Counted from the first letter of the stretch, positions 10,499 through 20,432 are shown. The stretch is DNA of 64,000 bases from Chthonomonadales bacterium (GCA_038217285.1 JBBQPO010000002.1:11483-75482); one strand, 5' to 3'. A program made the numbers and translations. Notes: generated by a model not told the origin, from the sequence alone.

Positions 10499-11362
10499 CT
10501 AGCAAAACTGCCGCAATGGCTCATGCGTGAAGGCATTGATGATGAGCGCCACGAACGCGGCAGCGATGTGGCGCTCGGTTGGGTCGCCAAGCGGTAAGAG
10601 TTTCGTGAGGAACTCCACGGATGCTTGGTATAGTTCTAATGCAAAGGCTATGAGCAGGCCAAACACCAGCGTTGCGCGGATGACTACCTGTACGTTGAAG
10701 AGGTGCTTCGAGACGGCGGCGTAAGCGACGGTGCTGAGGAAAATGATCGTTGAGACGGTGCCGATATGGATATAGGCAAAATCTCCGAATAGGTACGGTA
10801 ATGCAGCGTTGGTGATAATGCCAATAGCGGTGGTTACGAGAATCCCCGCGCCGACCAGACGCAGTTGACTCTGCACGACGCGCGGCAGGGTTGTGGCTGG
10901 CCGAAGCGCACCCCAGATGCCGGCAACCAGGTAGATCACAATGTGCACGATGTAGAGCGGGAAGAGTACGCCATACGTCGTCACGTGCACCGCGCCCTGC
11001 ACCGCCTCGGCGCGGTCAACGAAGGGCGTTCCAAGTGCAAGGACCGCAAGTAGCAAGCTCTCGCCCCAGAGCCAGTATGTTTCTGGATGGAGGTGTTTCC
11101 GCAGGGCGGCCACAAACCCGTAGACGGCGGGCGCGACGAGGGCCACTGCTGCGAAATTGGCCCGGCCGAGCCAGAGCAGGGTTGCTCCCTGGTTCTGGGC
11201 CGCGAACACGAAGAGCGTTCCGACCCAAGCGAGCAGGGTAAGTGCCAGGAGCGCGTAGGCCCGGTTCAAGCGGTCGAAGGGATCGCGCGAAACCACGTAG
11301 AGGGCTGAGCCAAAGAGGAACGCCAGGCAGAGCAGGTAGAGCGAGGCAATGGTGAGCGACAT
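10499..11362 (-). CDS. Histidine-kinase-N-terminal 7TM-type membrane sensor with no kinase domain
   Basis: Multi-TM layout typical of HisKA_7TM (RLNRAY..LA...W, YG.LF.LY, QLRLV..G, YA...HLFNV..VIR); ends at HEPLRQ. Confidence 0.75.
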   Translation of the reverse strand: MSLTIASLYLLCLAFLFGSALYVVSRDPFDRLNRAYALLALTLLAWVGTLFVFAAQNQGATLLWLGRANFAAVALVAPAVYGFVAALRKHLHPETYWLWGESLLLAVLALGTPFVDRAEAVQGAVHVTTYGVLFPLYIVHIVIYLVAGIWGALRPATTLPRVVQSQLRLVGAGILVTTAIGIITNAALPYLFGDFAYIHIGTVSTIIFLSTVAYAAVSKHLFNVQVVIRATLVFGLLIAFALELYQASVEFLTKLLPLGDPTERHIAAAFVALIINAFTHEPLRQFC

Positions 11363-11428
11363 GGGTGAATGCTAGAATCTGCCGGTATGCCCCAGGCGTA
11401 CAGCGCGCAGGGGAGGGTACCTTCTCCA

Positions 11429-12064
11429 CTATGGCAGAGTCGCAATAGAGGCACAAGCAGGGCGAATGCCCGGCTGGAGTGCCTGTCCGATGAGGCTGCG
11501 GTAGCTGGGGAAACGCAGCGCCATCTCCATGAGCGCACCAGCGACTTCTCGCACGTCTAAGCGGCAGAGATAGGCTGGCTCACCCCAGTGTTCCCGTAGG
11601 TCGCCGATCACCTCCAACGGGAACCCGACCTTGCGGTAGCGGTTCAGCATCTTGGACGTGGACTGCAGCACGAGGCTCTCGATCTGCTCGGCGATGCAGA
11701 GCCTCCAGAGTGCGGTACAGAGCGGCCAGAACAGCCCCGGGCGCCCCCGCCACTCCGGACGGACCGCCAGGATCGTCACCTCGGCGACCTCACCTGCGGC
11801 ATGCACCTCGATCTCCGGCCAGACCGCCCGATACGGCATGGAATGTAATGCCGACCGGACGATCTGCATGCCGCCGACAATCACCCCCTCCACCTGTGCC
11901 GCCAGGTGATAGGCCGGCTCCGTGTAGGCACGCAGTTGCCCGCCCGGACACCAGCCCTCCTGTGCAGCGATCTCCTCGAACACGACAAGTAAACCCTCCA
12001 CGTCCGCAGGCCCGCTCAGGTGCGTCACCGTCACCGCTCCCCGCTTGTTGACTACCGTCTCCAT
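11429..12064 (-). CDS. GNAT-fold acyltransferase, N-acyl amino acid synthase (FeeM/ExoAT) or LuxI-like
   Basis: AQEGW, IVGGMQIV, MPY..VW, VAEVTILAVRPEWRG, RYRKVGFPLEVIG; 211 aa. Confidence 0.65.
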   Translation of the reverse strand: METVVNKRGAVTVTHLSGPADVEGLLVVFEEIAAQEGWCPGGQLRAYTEPAYHLAAQVEGVIVGGMQIVRSALHSMPYRAVWPEIEVHAAGEVAEVTILAVRPEWRGRPGLFWPLCTALWRLCIAEQIESLVLQSTSKMLNRYRKVGFPLEVIGDLREHWGEPAYLCRLDVREVAGALMEMALRFPSYRSLIGQALQPGIRPACASIATLP

Positions 12065-12094
12065 GCGTCACCTTCCTTTGCAACAGTGCCTCAA

Positions 12095-12134
12095 TATACT
12101 CGCTAGTATACCCTATATACTACCACTTGGTAGT
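12095..12134. promoter_or_regulatory. Two palindromes between the divergent GNAT and XRE genes (candidate operators)
   Basis: TATACT-cgct-AGTATA (12095-12110) and ACTACCA-ct-TGGTAGT (12119-12134). Confidence 0.5.
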
Positions 12135-12191
12135 CTTTGCTGTGCCTCCGTTCTGCCATAATCGGCCAACTTGCAGAACGGACACACTCTC

Positions 12192-12479
12192 ATGCCGCGT
12201 GGCGCCTACCAGCTTCGCACCCCTGACAATCGGATGAACCTCATTGGCACCCGGGTTCGGGAGCGTCGGAAGGCCCAGCAGTGGACACAGGACACCCTCT
12301 GCGCCCGCATTGCCGTAGTGACCGAGGGGGCATGGAATCCAGAATGGCGGGACATTGTTCGTATCGAGAGCGGAACCCGCAAGGTCTCGGATCTTGAACT
12401 CCTGGTACTAGCCGCTGCCCTGGAGTGTAGCGCGGCCTGGTTGCTTCAGGAAACAAACGCTACGCCCCCTGTTCTGTAG
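12192..12479 (+). CDS. XRE/Cro-C1 HTH transcriptional regulator
   Basis: NLIGTRVRERR...WTQDTL...IVRIESGTRKVSDLEL...LAAALECSAAWLL. Confidence 0.88.
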   Translation: MPRGAYQLRTPDNRMNLIGTRVRERRKAQQWTQDTLCARIAVVTEGAWNPEWRDIVRIESGTRKVSDLELLVLAAALECSAAWLLQETNATPPVL

Positions 12480-12624
12480 TGTGCCTACTTCCGGATACCC
12501 GGTACTCTCTATGGTTGTAGATTCTCTGCAATATCTCTGTTCTGACTCGTCTACTGACCAGAACTTACTACAAGCTTCTCCACCGCTAGAATCCCCTCCC
12601 ACGATAGAGATCGTCTCTGACGCC

Positions 12625-12673
12625 GTTGCGCCGGCGCACCCTGACGTGCTCTCTGTTCCACCCTCTCTATGCT
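12625..12673 (+). promoter_or_regulatory. Cassette promoter copy 1 (palindromic box + -10)
   Basis: GTTGC-N6-GCACC at 12625; TATGCT 43 nt after the box start. Confidence 0.6.
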
Positions 12674-12769
12674 CCTCCTAAAGAGCACGGCTTCCTATTC
12701 AGAGGGCGTCGTACATCCTGCTCTTTATGCACGACAGCGCGCGTCGCTGTCGGAGAGGAGAACACCATC

Positions 12770-13504
12770 ATGGTTCGCACCGTAAAGGGGATCACCCTGA
12801 CGCCTGATGAGCGCAAACAGGCGGGCTACGACAAGGAGAACACGAAGGCACATACCTGCTCCGTCATGCTGCCGAACGGGGTTTCCTGTGAAGTTTCCTA
12901 CACGCGCACCAGCGCACGGATGCATAGCTTCGCGTTTGGCCATCCGATCAAGCGAACAGACTACGTCTATGCAGCGATCCCCGGTGGCATCCCCGGCATC
13001 GAGGAAAAGGCGGCGGCGCGGGCGAACGCCATGTTCCAGCAGGCGCAGGCGCAGGAGCAACAGACGATGCGGCAGAAGGCTCCCTCACATCGCACCCTGG
13101 CCTTCAAAGACGACGGCTTGCAGATAAGCGCCCGTCTCGCCGAACAACTGGCCGGACTATACGCCCCATGCGTGAAATGTAGCAGTGGCACCCTGATTCG
13201 CATCGGCGGCACCTACCGCGCACCGGAAGGAGCGCTGAAGGAAATCCAGACTGGCCGTCACCGCGCCATTCGCCTGATCAACGGGCAACAGTTCGTAGTG
13301 GGTATCTGCAACCGAGCAGCGCAGCGCTGGGAGGAGCCGATGTTCCTGAGCGTTCCCAGTCCTAATGGGGACGCCGTTACTTCTGGCGCGAATACCCCGG
13401 CTGATGTGAAAGCGGATCTGGAAGACGATGACGCGGAATCCACTAGCGCGGTGAGAAACCAAGAAGGCGATCCGATCACTGAAGAGGAGGCGTACCATGC
13501 GTGA
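12770..13504 (+). CDS. Hypothetical protein
   Basis: GGAGAGGAG RBS before ATG 12770; one CxxC; stop overlaps the next start. Confidence 0.7.
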   Translation: MVRTVKGITLTPDERKQAGYDKENTKAHTCSVMLPNGVSCEVSYTRTSARMHSFAFGHPIKRTDYVYAAIPGGIPGIEEKAAARANAMFQQAQAQEQQTMRQKAPSHRTLAFKDDGLQISARLAEQLAGLYAPCVKCSSGTLIRIGGTYRAPEGALKEIQTGRHRAIRLINGQQFVVGICNRAAQRWEEPMFLSVPSPNGDAVTSGANTPADVKADLEDDDAESTSAVRNQEGDPITEEEAYHA

Positions 13505-14033
13505 GCTATCTCCTGTCCGCTACGATCTCCAGCTCTCTCTCCTCGGATTGCCAGCTGGCGGTACTACCCAGGTACAGGAGTGCCTGGAGGAAGCGTTAGG
13601 CGAAAGCATAGCCGAAGGAAGGGTTGTTGTATCGAGCGTCACGGAGCGTCAAACCAACGTGATACGATGTCCACCCGAGCAGTACATTACGCCCCTCAGT
13701 ACCCTCTACCTCGCCTTGCCCATAGAGTGCAAGCGGGCAGAAATCCTCGACGCCCTGGCAGAGCTATATCACCATGAACTGGCCTACCTCAAGCGCAGTG
13801 TACAGGATGATCGCTGCATCCAGGGCGTACTCGAACTGCGCGAGTGGCGGAAGGCCGGAACGCAGTTGATCTGCGAATTCCTGAGTTACGACCGGAGCGT
13901 ATCTGCGGGCAGGTCTTACAATTTTCATTTGCAAGACACCAGCCAATGGAACAACGAAGCAACCGGTTGGTATGGTCACCAGGGCGCGATTGTCGTAGAC
14001 ACCCTGAGCGGTGAGGTAAGCGCGCACCATTAA
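13497..14033 (+). CDS. Hypothetical protein, 'TSQW...GAI...HH' family paralogue 1
   Basis: YNFHLQDTSQW...GAIVV...VSAHH shared with the 22728 and 23367 ORFs. Confidence 0.75.
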   Translation: MRELSPVRYDLQLSLLGLPAGGTTQVQECLEEALGESIAEGRVVVSSVTERQTNVIRCPPEQYITPLSTLYLALPIECKRAEILDALAELYHHELAYLKRSVQDDRCIQGVLELREWRKAGTQLICEFLSYDRSVSAGRSYNFHLQDTSQWNNEATGWYGHQGAIVVDTLSGEVSAHH

Positions 14034-14046
14034 CCTGATACATTTC

Positions 14047-14076
14047 CGCCCGCAGCATCCGCTTCGGGCGTTTTCG
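14047..14076 (+). terminator. Intrinsic terminator
   Basis: CGCCCG...CGGGCG stem + TTTT after the 14033 stop. Confidence 0.65.
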
Positions 14077-14254
14077 TGTATCGATAGCCACATTCCGGAT
14101 CTGCCTGCCGTTGCCGTGCCAATGGCGCCGCTGCGTTTCCTGTTTGCCAAGCGACGGAGGAGTATAGCCCGTTAATACCGTATCTATCGCCGATAGATGC
14201 CCGCAATTGACCATTCCAAAGGAACCCGAAGGCATCAGAGCGGAGAGACGACTG

Positions 14255-14512
14255 ATGGCCGACGATACCAATGAGGAGCCGCCGGACAGCGATCTGGTCG
14301 AGTTTGCGGCAGAGGTGCGGCTGATTGGCGCGGAGATCATTGCGGCAGTTGATGGCGGCCATCTCGATCAGGTGAAGGCACTTGCGACCTATCTCTGCAT
14401 GGCGGCTGCCCTCATCGAACAAGCTGGATCGGAGACCGTTGAGATTGATCCCTATGACTTGGCAAGACTGAAATTCTTTCGGGACGGCGGCACTTCGGAA
14501 CTTGAGGATTAG
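14255..14512 (+). CDS. Small acidic hypothetical protein
   Basis: GGAG RBS, ATG near 14255; directly upstream of the RM gene. Confidence 0.55.
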   Translation: MADDTNEEPPDSDLVEFAAEVRLIGAEIIAAVDGGHLDQVKALATYLCMAAALIEQAGSETVEIDPYDLARLKFFRDGGTSELED

Positions 14513-14530
14513 GATGAGAGGATACAGTAT

Positions 14531-17386
14531 TTGAACGCTACAGAGTTCAAGATCCGATACCGCACCGCCAACTTGTCAGAGCGTTCCCTCGCTCAGCAGC
14601 ATTTTCTGGATCTGTGTGAGGTGCTGGGGCATCGCCGCCCCGCCGAGGCAGATCCGACCGGAGAGTCGTTTACGTTCGAGAAAGCGGTGCAGAAAACCGC
14701 TGGCGGCAAGGGCTTTGCCGATGTGTGGAAAAAGGGCTTCTTTGGGTGGGAGTACAAGGGGGCAGGGGGCGACCTGAAAAAAGCGTACCAGCAACTCCTT
14801 CAGTACCGCGAGGCTCTGGACAATCCGCCGCTCCTTGTCGTTTGCGACACCCAGCGCATCGTCATCCATACCAATTTCACCAACACCCCGCATACCGAGT
14901 ACGAGATGCTGCTGGAGGAGATCGATACTCCCCAGAACATGGAGCGACTGCGTGCCCTGTTCTCTGATCCCACCCGGTTGCGCCCAGGCGTAACGCGCAC
15001 CGCTATCACTGAGGCCGCCGCAGCGAAATTGGCGCAGATCGCTCAGTCGATGCGTTCACGAGGGTTGGAAGCGCATGCTGTTGCCCACTTCCTCGATAGA
15101 ATCATCTTTTGCCTGTTCGCCGAAGACATCGAACTGCTTCCGGCCAATCTCTTTTCGCGGATCGTGGCGAACACGCGCGGCGATACCGTCCGCTTCTCCC
15201 GACAGATCCAGACGCTGTTTGAAGCGATGGCCCATGGCGGCGACTTCGGCGCGGATGCGATTCGCTACTTCAACGGCAACCTGTTCAACGATAGTGCCGT
15301 GCTTGATCTAACTGTACCGGAGATTGAGGCAGTGAGGCAGGCCGCAGACCTTGATTGGGGCGCGGTGGATCCGTCCATATTGGGAACGCTTTTTGAGCGG
15401 GGTCTGGATCCTAAAAACCGGACGCAACTCGGCGCGCACTATACCAGCCGTGAAGACATCGAGACCATTATCGAGCCGGTGGTCCTTACGCCTCTACGGC
15501 GGGAGTGGGACGAGGTACGCCAGTCCGTTGAGACAATGTTGAAGCGTGACACAGTAGCGGCCAGACGACAGGCCGATCAGCGGCTGCAACAGTTTGTCGC
15601 TCGTCTCGGGCAGGTCACGGTTCTGGATCCGGCGTGCGGTTCCGCCAATTTCCTCTACGTAACCCTGCAAAAACTCAAGGATCTGGAGAAGCAAGTCATT
15701 GACTACGCCCTCTCCCAGAACTTCACTGCGTTTCTGCCGGAGGTCGGCCCCTGGCAACTCTACGGATTGGAACTAAATCCCTATGCAGCCGATCTCGCCC
15801 AGATGACCGTCTGGATCGGGTACCTGCAGTGGCTGCGTGACCATGGCTACTTGGTGGCCGACAATCCCGTGCTCCGCTCCACCGACAACATCCGCTGTCA
15901 AGATGCTGTGATCGATCTGTCTGATCCCGCGCACCCGCAGGAGCCGGAATGGCCGAAGGTAGATTTCATCGTTGGGAACCCGCCATTTCTGGGCGACAAG
16001 GTGATGCGCGGCTCTCTCGGTGATGACTATGTGGCGGCGTTGCGCAAATTGTATGGGGGTCGGTTGGCTGGACAATCGGATCTCTGCTGCTATTGGTTCG
16101 AGAAAGCCAGACAGCAGATACAGGATGGACGGTGTAAGCGGGCTGGGTTACTGGCGACGCAAGGCATCCGTGGTGGAGCGAACCGAAAGGTGCTGGAGCG
16201 CATCAAGGAGACGGGGGACATCTTTTTCGCGGTAAGTGACCGGGACTGGATTCTTGATGGTGCGAATGTCCATGTGTCGATGGTTGGCTTCGACGGTGGT
16301 ACCGAACAGGAACGTGTGCTGGACGGGCATCCGACACCTGAGATCCACATCAACCTGTCTGGTGCAGTAAATGTTACTCAGGCCGCCCGCTTATCCGCCA
16401 ATACTGGAATCTGTTATCTTGGAGTGATGAAGGCTGGGGATTTCGATATCACGGACGCGGCAGCTCAATCAATGCTGGCAGCACCCAATCCGCACCACCG
16501 GCCCAATAGCGACGTTCTTCGGCCGCGCCTGACGGCTCGGGACATCTTACAGCGCGGAGGTAAGGGTTGGATCATCGACTTCGGATGTGAAACTACCGAA
16601 GATGAGGGTGCCTATTACGAAGCACCCTGGCAGTACATTTCTGCAAACGTCAAACCTGTACGAGAACAAAATAGGCGTAGTCGCATGGCCGTTAAATGGT
16701 GGCTCCACGGTGAGGCGCGCCCTGGAATGCGCCGCTCGCTGACAGGTCTGAACCGTTTCATAGTTACGCCTGAAGTTTCAAAGCATCGTATCTTCATCTG
16801 GTTAGATGCAGTATATCTCGCGGATCATCAGACCCGAGCAATTGCACGTAGCGACGATTATTCATTCGGAGTATTGCAGTCACGCGTACATGAATTGTGG
16901 GCTCGCTCGCAGGGTACTCAACTACGGGAGAGTGAAAGTGGATTCCGCTACACGCCCTCGACATGCTTCGAGACATTTCCCTTTCCGGAGCCGACAGAGC
17001 AGCAACGTACAGCAATTGGTGTTGCCGCTGCGGCACTCAACGAACTGCGAGAAGGCTGGCTCAATCCGCCCGATTGGATGCGAGAGGAGATACTGAGTTT
17101 CCCCGGAGCCTTCGATGGTCCATGGTCTCGGTATGTGATCGGTCCAGGCCCTCAAGGCGTTGGAACCGTGCACTTCCCGCGCCTCATCGCCCGTGATCCT
17201 GATTGTGGCCAGAAACTGGCCACAAGAACACTGACAAACCTCTACAATCAGATGCCTGCATGGCTGGTCAATGCCCACAAACGGCTTGATTCCGCAGTCT
17301 GTTCCGCCTATGGTTGGCCCTCTGATATTGAAGATAGCGAGATCGTAGTACGGCTCTTAGCGCTCAACCTAGAAGGCTCGAAATGA
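14531..17386 (+). CDS. MmeI-like type IIL/IIG restriction-modification fusion (nuclease-N6A MTase-TRD)
   Basis: ERSLAQQHFLDLC...FEK...FADVW...WEYKG (PD-ExK nuclease), GAHYT, LDPACGSANFL (motif I), GNPPF (motif IV), FGVLQSRVHELW, RYTPSTCFETFPFP, LTNLYN. Confidence 0.92.
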   Translation: MNATEFKIRYRTANLSERSLAQQHFLDLCEVLGHRRPAEADPTGESFTFEKAVQKTAGGKGFADVWKKGFFGWEYKGAGGDLKKAYQQLLQYREALDNPPLLVVCDTQRIVIHTNFTNTPHTEYEMLLEEIDTPQNMERLRALFSDPTRLRPGVTRTAITEAAAAKLAQIAQSMRSRGLEAHAVAHFLDRIIFCLFAEDIELLPANLFSRIVANTRGDTVRFSRQIQTLFEAMAHGGDFGADAIRYFNGNLFNDSAVLDLTVPEIEAVRQAADLDWGAVDPSILGTLFERGLDPKNRTQLGAHYTSREDIETIIEPVVLTPLRREWDEVRQSVETMLKRDTVAARRQADQRLQQFVARLGQVTVLDPACGSANFLYVTLQKLKDLEKQVIDYALSQNFTAFLPEVGPWQLYGLELNPYAADLAQMTVWIGYLQWLRDHGYLVADNPVLRSTDNIRCQDAVIDLSDPAHPQEPEWPKVDFIVGNPPFLGDKVMRGSLGDDYVAALRKLYGGRLAGQSDLCCYWFEKARQQIQDGRCKRAGLLATQGIRGGANRKVLERIKETGDIFFAVSDRDWILDGANVHVSMVGFDGGTEQERVLDGHPTPEIHINLSGAVNVTQAARLSANTGICYLGVMKAGDFDITDAAAQSMLAAPNPHHRPNSDVLRPRLTARDILQRGGKGWIIDFGCETTEDEGAYYEAPWQYISANVKPVREQNRRSRMAVKWWLHGEARPGMRRSLTGLNRFIVTPEVSKHRIFIWLDAVYLADHQTRAIARSDDYSFGVLQSRVHELWARSQGTQLRESESGFRYTPSTCFETFPFPEPTEQQRTAIGVAAAALNELREGWLNPPDWMREEILSFPGAFDGPWSRYVIGPGPQGVGTVHFPRLIARDPDCGQKLATRTLTNLYNQMPAWLVNAHKRLDSAVCSAYGWPSDIEDSEIVVRLLALNLEGSK

Positions 17387-17694
17387 AAAACACGCCTGCC
17401 AGTATCATCAGAAGCCTGGCGCGTGCCGACCTTACAATCCGCATAGGCAAAGATGCAGGGACGGGGGAGATATGGATGTCGCAGCAGTTGGGCGCGAGAG
17501 CAGATCCGCGCACATACTTGTCTCTGAAGAATCTCGGGATGATGGCACTGGAGTTCGACGCATTGGGAGACGACAAAGCAGCGGAGTTCGTGCGGGGAAT
17601 AGTGGATCGTATCGAGCATTCTGCCATTTTGGAAACTGTGGAAGCATCATTCTGCTTCCCTAGCACCACACAGGGACAAAAGCGCGTCCCATGA
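17383..17694 (+). CDS. Hypothetical protein
   Basis: ATGA overlap with the RM gene stop. Confidence 0.55.
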   Translation: MKNTPASIIRSLARADLTIRIGKDAGTGEIWMSQQLGARADPRTYLSLKNLGMMALEFDALGDDKAAEFVRGIVDRIEHSAILETVEASFCFPSTTQGQKRVP

Positions 17695-17800
17695 AGGAAG
17701 GTAACGTCTATCAACTCCTTGACGACTAGGGGAAGCAGAAGTCGGAGATTTAGGGACGTTGATTGAAACACATGCGTGCCACGACGAACAAGGATAACGG

Positions 17801-18073
17801 ATGAGAATACCAATAAAGTCGCAATCCTACCAGTGTGCCTTTCCCGAGTTTGACGATCATGGGTTTACGGTGGAAGCCACCTATCCCCGCCAAGCCGCAG
17901 AGAAGGCGGCGAATATCTGGGAGCGTGGGATCAAGGACTACCGGATTTTGCGCGGCGAGGATACCCTCCGGATCGTAGTGACGGGCCAAACGGATGGGAC
18001 GGCTCACCGCATGGAGGTCCTGGGAGTGCGGGGGCGGTATGTCGCAAAAGTTATGCATGAAGGTGTAGAGTGA
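17801..18073 (+). CDS. Hypothetical protein
   Basis: AAGGA RBS; coupled to the next ORF (GTGA). Confidence 0.6.
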   Translation: MRIPIKSQSYQCAFPEFDDHGFTVEATYPRQAAEKAANIWERGIKDYRILRGEDTLRIVVTGQTDGTAHRMEVLGVRGRYVAKVMHEGVE

Positions 18074-18303
18074 AGTTTATCGTCGGTGACATTATCGAGC
18101 CAGAGTATCGCAGGACTTCTTTCCCTCCTGGGCATTATGAAATCATTCTGGTTGGACCTAGAGCAGTGAAACTGTGGCGTCTTTCTATAGGTGAACACGC
18201 AGCGTCCTCGTCAACGCTCAGTCGAATGATTGTCGTTCCAATCGCCATGCTGGCGATGTTTAGGTTTGTATCCGTGGCTGATCCCGACGGACAAGGAGAT
18301 TAA
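18070..18303 (+). CDS. Hypothetical protein
   Basis: GTG start overlapping the upstream stop; 77 aa. Confidence 0.5.
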   Translation: MKFIVGDIIEPEYRRTSFPPGHYEIILVGPRAVKLWRLSIGEHAASSSTLSRMIVVPIAMLAMFRFVSVADPDGQGD

Positions 18304-18334
18304 GGAACCAAAATGGCGTCGTATTCATAGTGTC

Positions 18335-18384
18335 TGTGCGTCCGTGCAACCCGCATTGTTGCTTCGCCATCCTCCCTATACCTT
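18335..18384 (+). promoter_or_regulatory. Cassette promoter copy 2
   Basis: TGTGC-N6-GCAAC at 18335; TTGTTG at +21; 17-nt spacer; TACCTT at +44. Confidence 0.6.
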
Positions 18385-18449
18385 GACTGTCGAAGGGATG
18401 TCGCTCTGCCGATCCTCCCTTAATTCCCGACACAAGGAGGGCAGGATGG

Positions 18450-18845
18450 ATGGTAACTGCTACTGACCCCGCTTGTGACCACTGCCATCGGCTGTTCGAC
18501 GGTCACCCCTGCATCATCTCGTTCGGATTCACCCAGTTCCGCTACTGCGGGCGCCTCTGCCTCATAGACGCCGAGGAGGAACGTGCACAAAGATCGCGAG
18601 CCGAGGAGTACTCGCTCCTGCGACACCGGACTCGCCATTGGAAAGTTGTGGATGGGAACGGCGACATCGTGTGCGTTACCCTCTACCGCAAAGGTGCTGA
18701 GGAAGTAATTCGGCGACTACGCCGCCGTAAGGCACCACCTTTCCGCTCCGCGACTGGTGTTTCTGCCTCAAAATCAGCTTCTGCACCGACCGAACGCTCC
18801 ATAGAACCGCTATACCGCCAAAAGGTGTGCGCCAACGCGGCGTAA
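18450..18845 (+). CDS. Hypothetical protein with N-terminal Zn-finger-like Cys cluster
   Basis: CDHC...CGRLC; RHWKVVDGNGDIVCVTLYRKGAEEVIRRL; AAGGAGG RBS. Confidence 0.7.
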   Translation: MVTATDPACDHCHRLFDGHPCIISFGFTQFRYCGRLCLIDAEEERAQRSRAEEYSLLRHRTRHWKVVDGNGDIVCVTLYRKGAEEVIRRLRRRKAPPFRSATGVSASKSASAPTERSIEPLYRQKVCANAA

Positions 18846-18877
18846 GGCCATTCTGCTGCTGATTACGCTCCCTTCTC

Positions 18878-18911
18878 GCCCGTATGCGTCATGCCACATA
18901 CGGGCTTTTCG
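18878..18911 (+). terminator. Intrinsic terminator
   Basis: GCCCGTATG...CATACGGGC + TTTT. Confidence 0.7.
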
Positions 18912-18954
18912 ATATCCAGTGCCTTCCTCCTCTAATCGCTGCTCTGCTCCTTCT

Positions 18955-19004
18955 GGTGCCTGTACGCAACATCTCCTGTCGCCTTGTCCCTGCGCTGTTA
19001 CGCT
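18955..19004 (+). promoter_or_regulatory. Cassette promoter copy 3
   Basis: GGTGC-N6-GCAAC at 18955; CTGTCG at +21; TACGCT at +44. Confidence 0.65.
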
Positions 19005-19065
19005 CATTATCGCTCTGCCACTCTCGGCAAGCACCCCCTGAGCATCGACACAAAGGAGAAGATGT

Positions 19066-20064
19066 ATGCACACTTGCAAAGAGTCCCCTGACGTTTCCCA
19101 TCCGCTTCCGGATACGACTCCCCGGACTGAGATTCCGGCAGCAGTGCGGGATCTGCGCGAGCGCATGAAAGATTTCACTATCAACTGCAAGCCAAATCCC
19201 GATCTTACACGAGATTTGCAGCCAGGCTTTCTGCTTCCCTATCTTTTGGACTTCGACAGCATCACCTACGGGCGCTGGGACTACTGGGCCGAAGCAATGT
19301 GTGAAGGCACACTACCTGATTACCCCATCCCACCGATCGACTGGCTGCATAGCTCTGACCCGCGCACCCGAAAGATGCTGGAGACTGCCCTAGATGCCAT
19401 CCCGCGTCACGGCTCATGGCAAAGTATGGGCGCCTGGGAGTACTTTTGCTATCTGCTTGCCTGGATGCTCTGGGGTTTCGGGCACCCAGGATGCGATGCG
19501 CCTCGTGAGCCCGCTGGTTGTGAGGGTGCGTCACTGCGCCTCTATCAAGTGCTCAACATCTGCGCCTGGATGCTCTGGCCCTATGATTATTTGGGAGATC
19601 TGTTGGCAGAAAATGCCTATGGCAAAGGACAAGGCTTCTTCCCCACGCCGATGCCTCTATGCTGCATGATGGCGTCTATGCTCATGGATCAAGGCGGCGA
19701 CATGCGCACCCAGACCGTATGCGATCCAGCAGTTGGGACCGGGCGCTTCCTCCTTGCGGCAAGCAACTATTCTCTCCGGCTCCATGGTCAAGACATTGAC
19801 CAGATGATGTGTCAGGCGACGCTTGTCAACGGCTACCTCTTTGCCCCCTGGATGGCAAAGCCGTTTCCCTTCCTGGAGGCCGCTGGCCTCGATCCTGGAC
19901 AGGCAGAGGCAGTTTCCGACCAAGTCGTCTCACAGGAACCGCCCAATGCCGCAGAGCTGGCCGGGGACACCGGGTACGATACGAAGGAAGCCTCCGTTGC
20001 CGCACCGATCAGAAAGCGCCGACGACGCGGGGAGAATGAGGGCGTCCAGGGAACCCTGTTCTGA
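19066..20064 (+). CDS. N-6 DNA methylase-like protein (SAM-binding half only)
   Basis: GQGFFPTP (motif X), VCDPAVGTGRFL (motif I), GQDID (motif II); no NPPY/F; C-terminus QGTLF. Confidence 0.8.
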   Translation: MHTCKESPDVSHPLPDTTPRTEIPAAVRDLRERMKDFTINCKPNPDLTRDLQPGFLLPYLLDFDSITYGRWDYWAEAMCEGTLPDYPIPPIDWLHSSDPRTRKMLETALDAIPRHGSWQSMGAWEYFCYLLAWMLWGFGHPGCDAPREPAGCEGASLRLYQVLNICAWMLWPYDYLGDLLAENAYGKGQGFFPTPMPLCCMMASMLMDQGGDMRTQTVCDPAVGTGRFLLAASNYSLRLHGQDIDQMMCQATLVNGYLFAPWMAKPFPFLEAAGLDPGQAEAVSDQVVSQEPPNAAELAGDTGYDTKEASVAAPIRKRRRRGENEGVQGTLF

Positions 20065-20142
20065 CCTGCCAGTGTCGGATGGCGACGCATTTATGAAGCC
20101 CGGCAGAACCTTGCCGGACCACGGAAAGGAGACAAACACCCC

Positions 20143-20406
20143 ATGCTGGCAAAATACCAGATGGTTGACAGAAACGACGGATGCCGCCTCAAGGGCTTCT
20201 GGATCCGCGACATGACGGGGAAGGCCGTAGCCATCGGCGCGGAGGGAGCATTCCTGCGCATCCTGGCGAAGCGATATACCAACGATACTGACTTCGTAAG
20301 CGCCGCCGAGCGCCTCGCCGGACTGACAGCCTCCCTGCCACCTGCGCAGGCAGTGCCCCTCACGAAATCCCTCACCTCTTGCGTGCCGAACGATTTCAGG
20401 CGATGA
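20143..20406 (+). CDS. Hypothetical protein
   Basis: AAAGGAG RBS; followed by a terminator. Confidence 0.6.
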   Translation: MLAKYQMVDRNDGCRLKGFWIRDMTGKAVAIGAEGAFLRILAKRYTNDTDFVSAAERLAGLTASLPPAQAVPLTKSLTSCVPNDFRR

Positions 20407-20432
20407 ATGTATGCCGTGGGGGAACCCGTACC

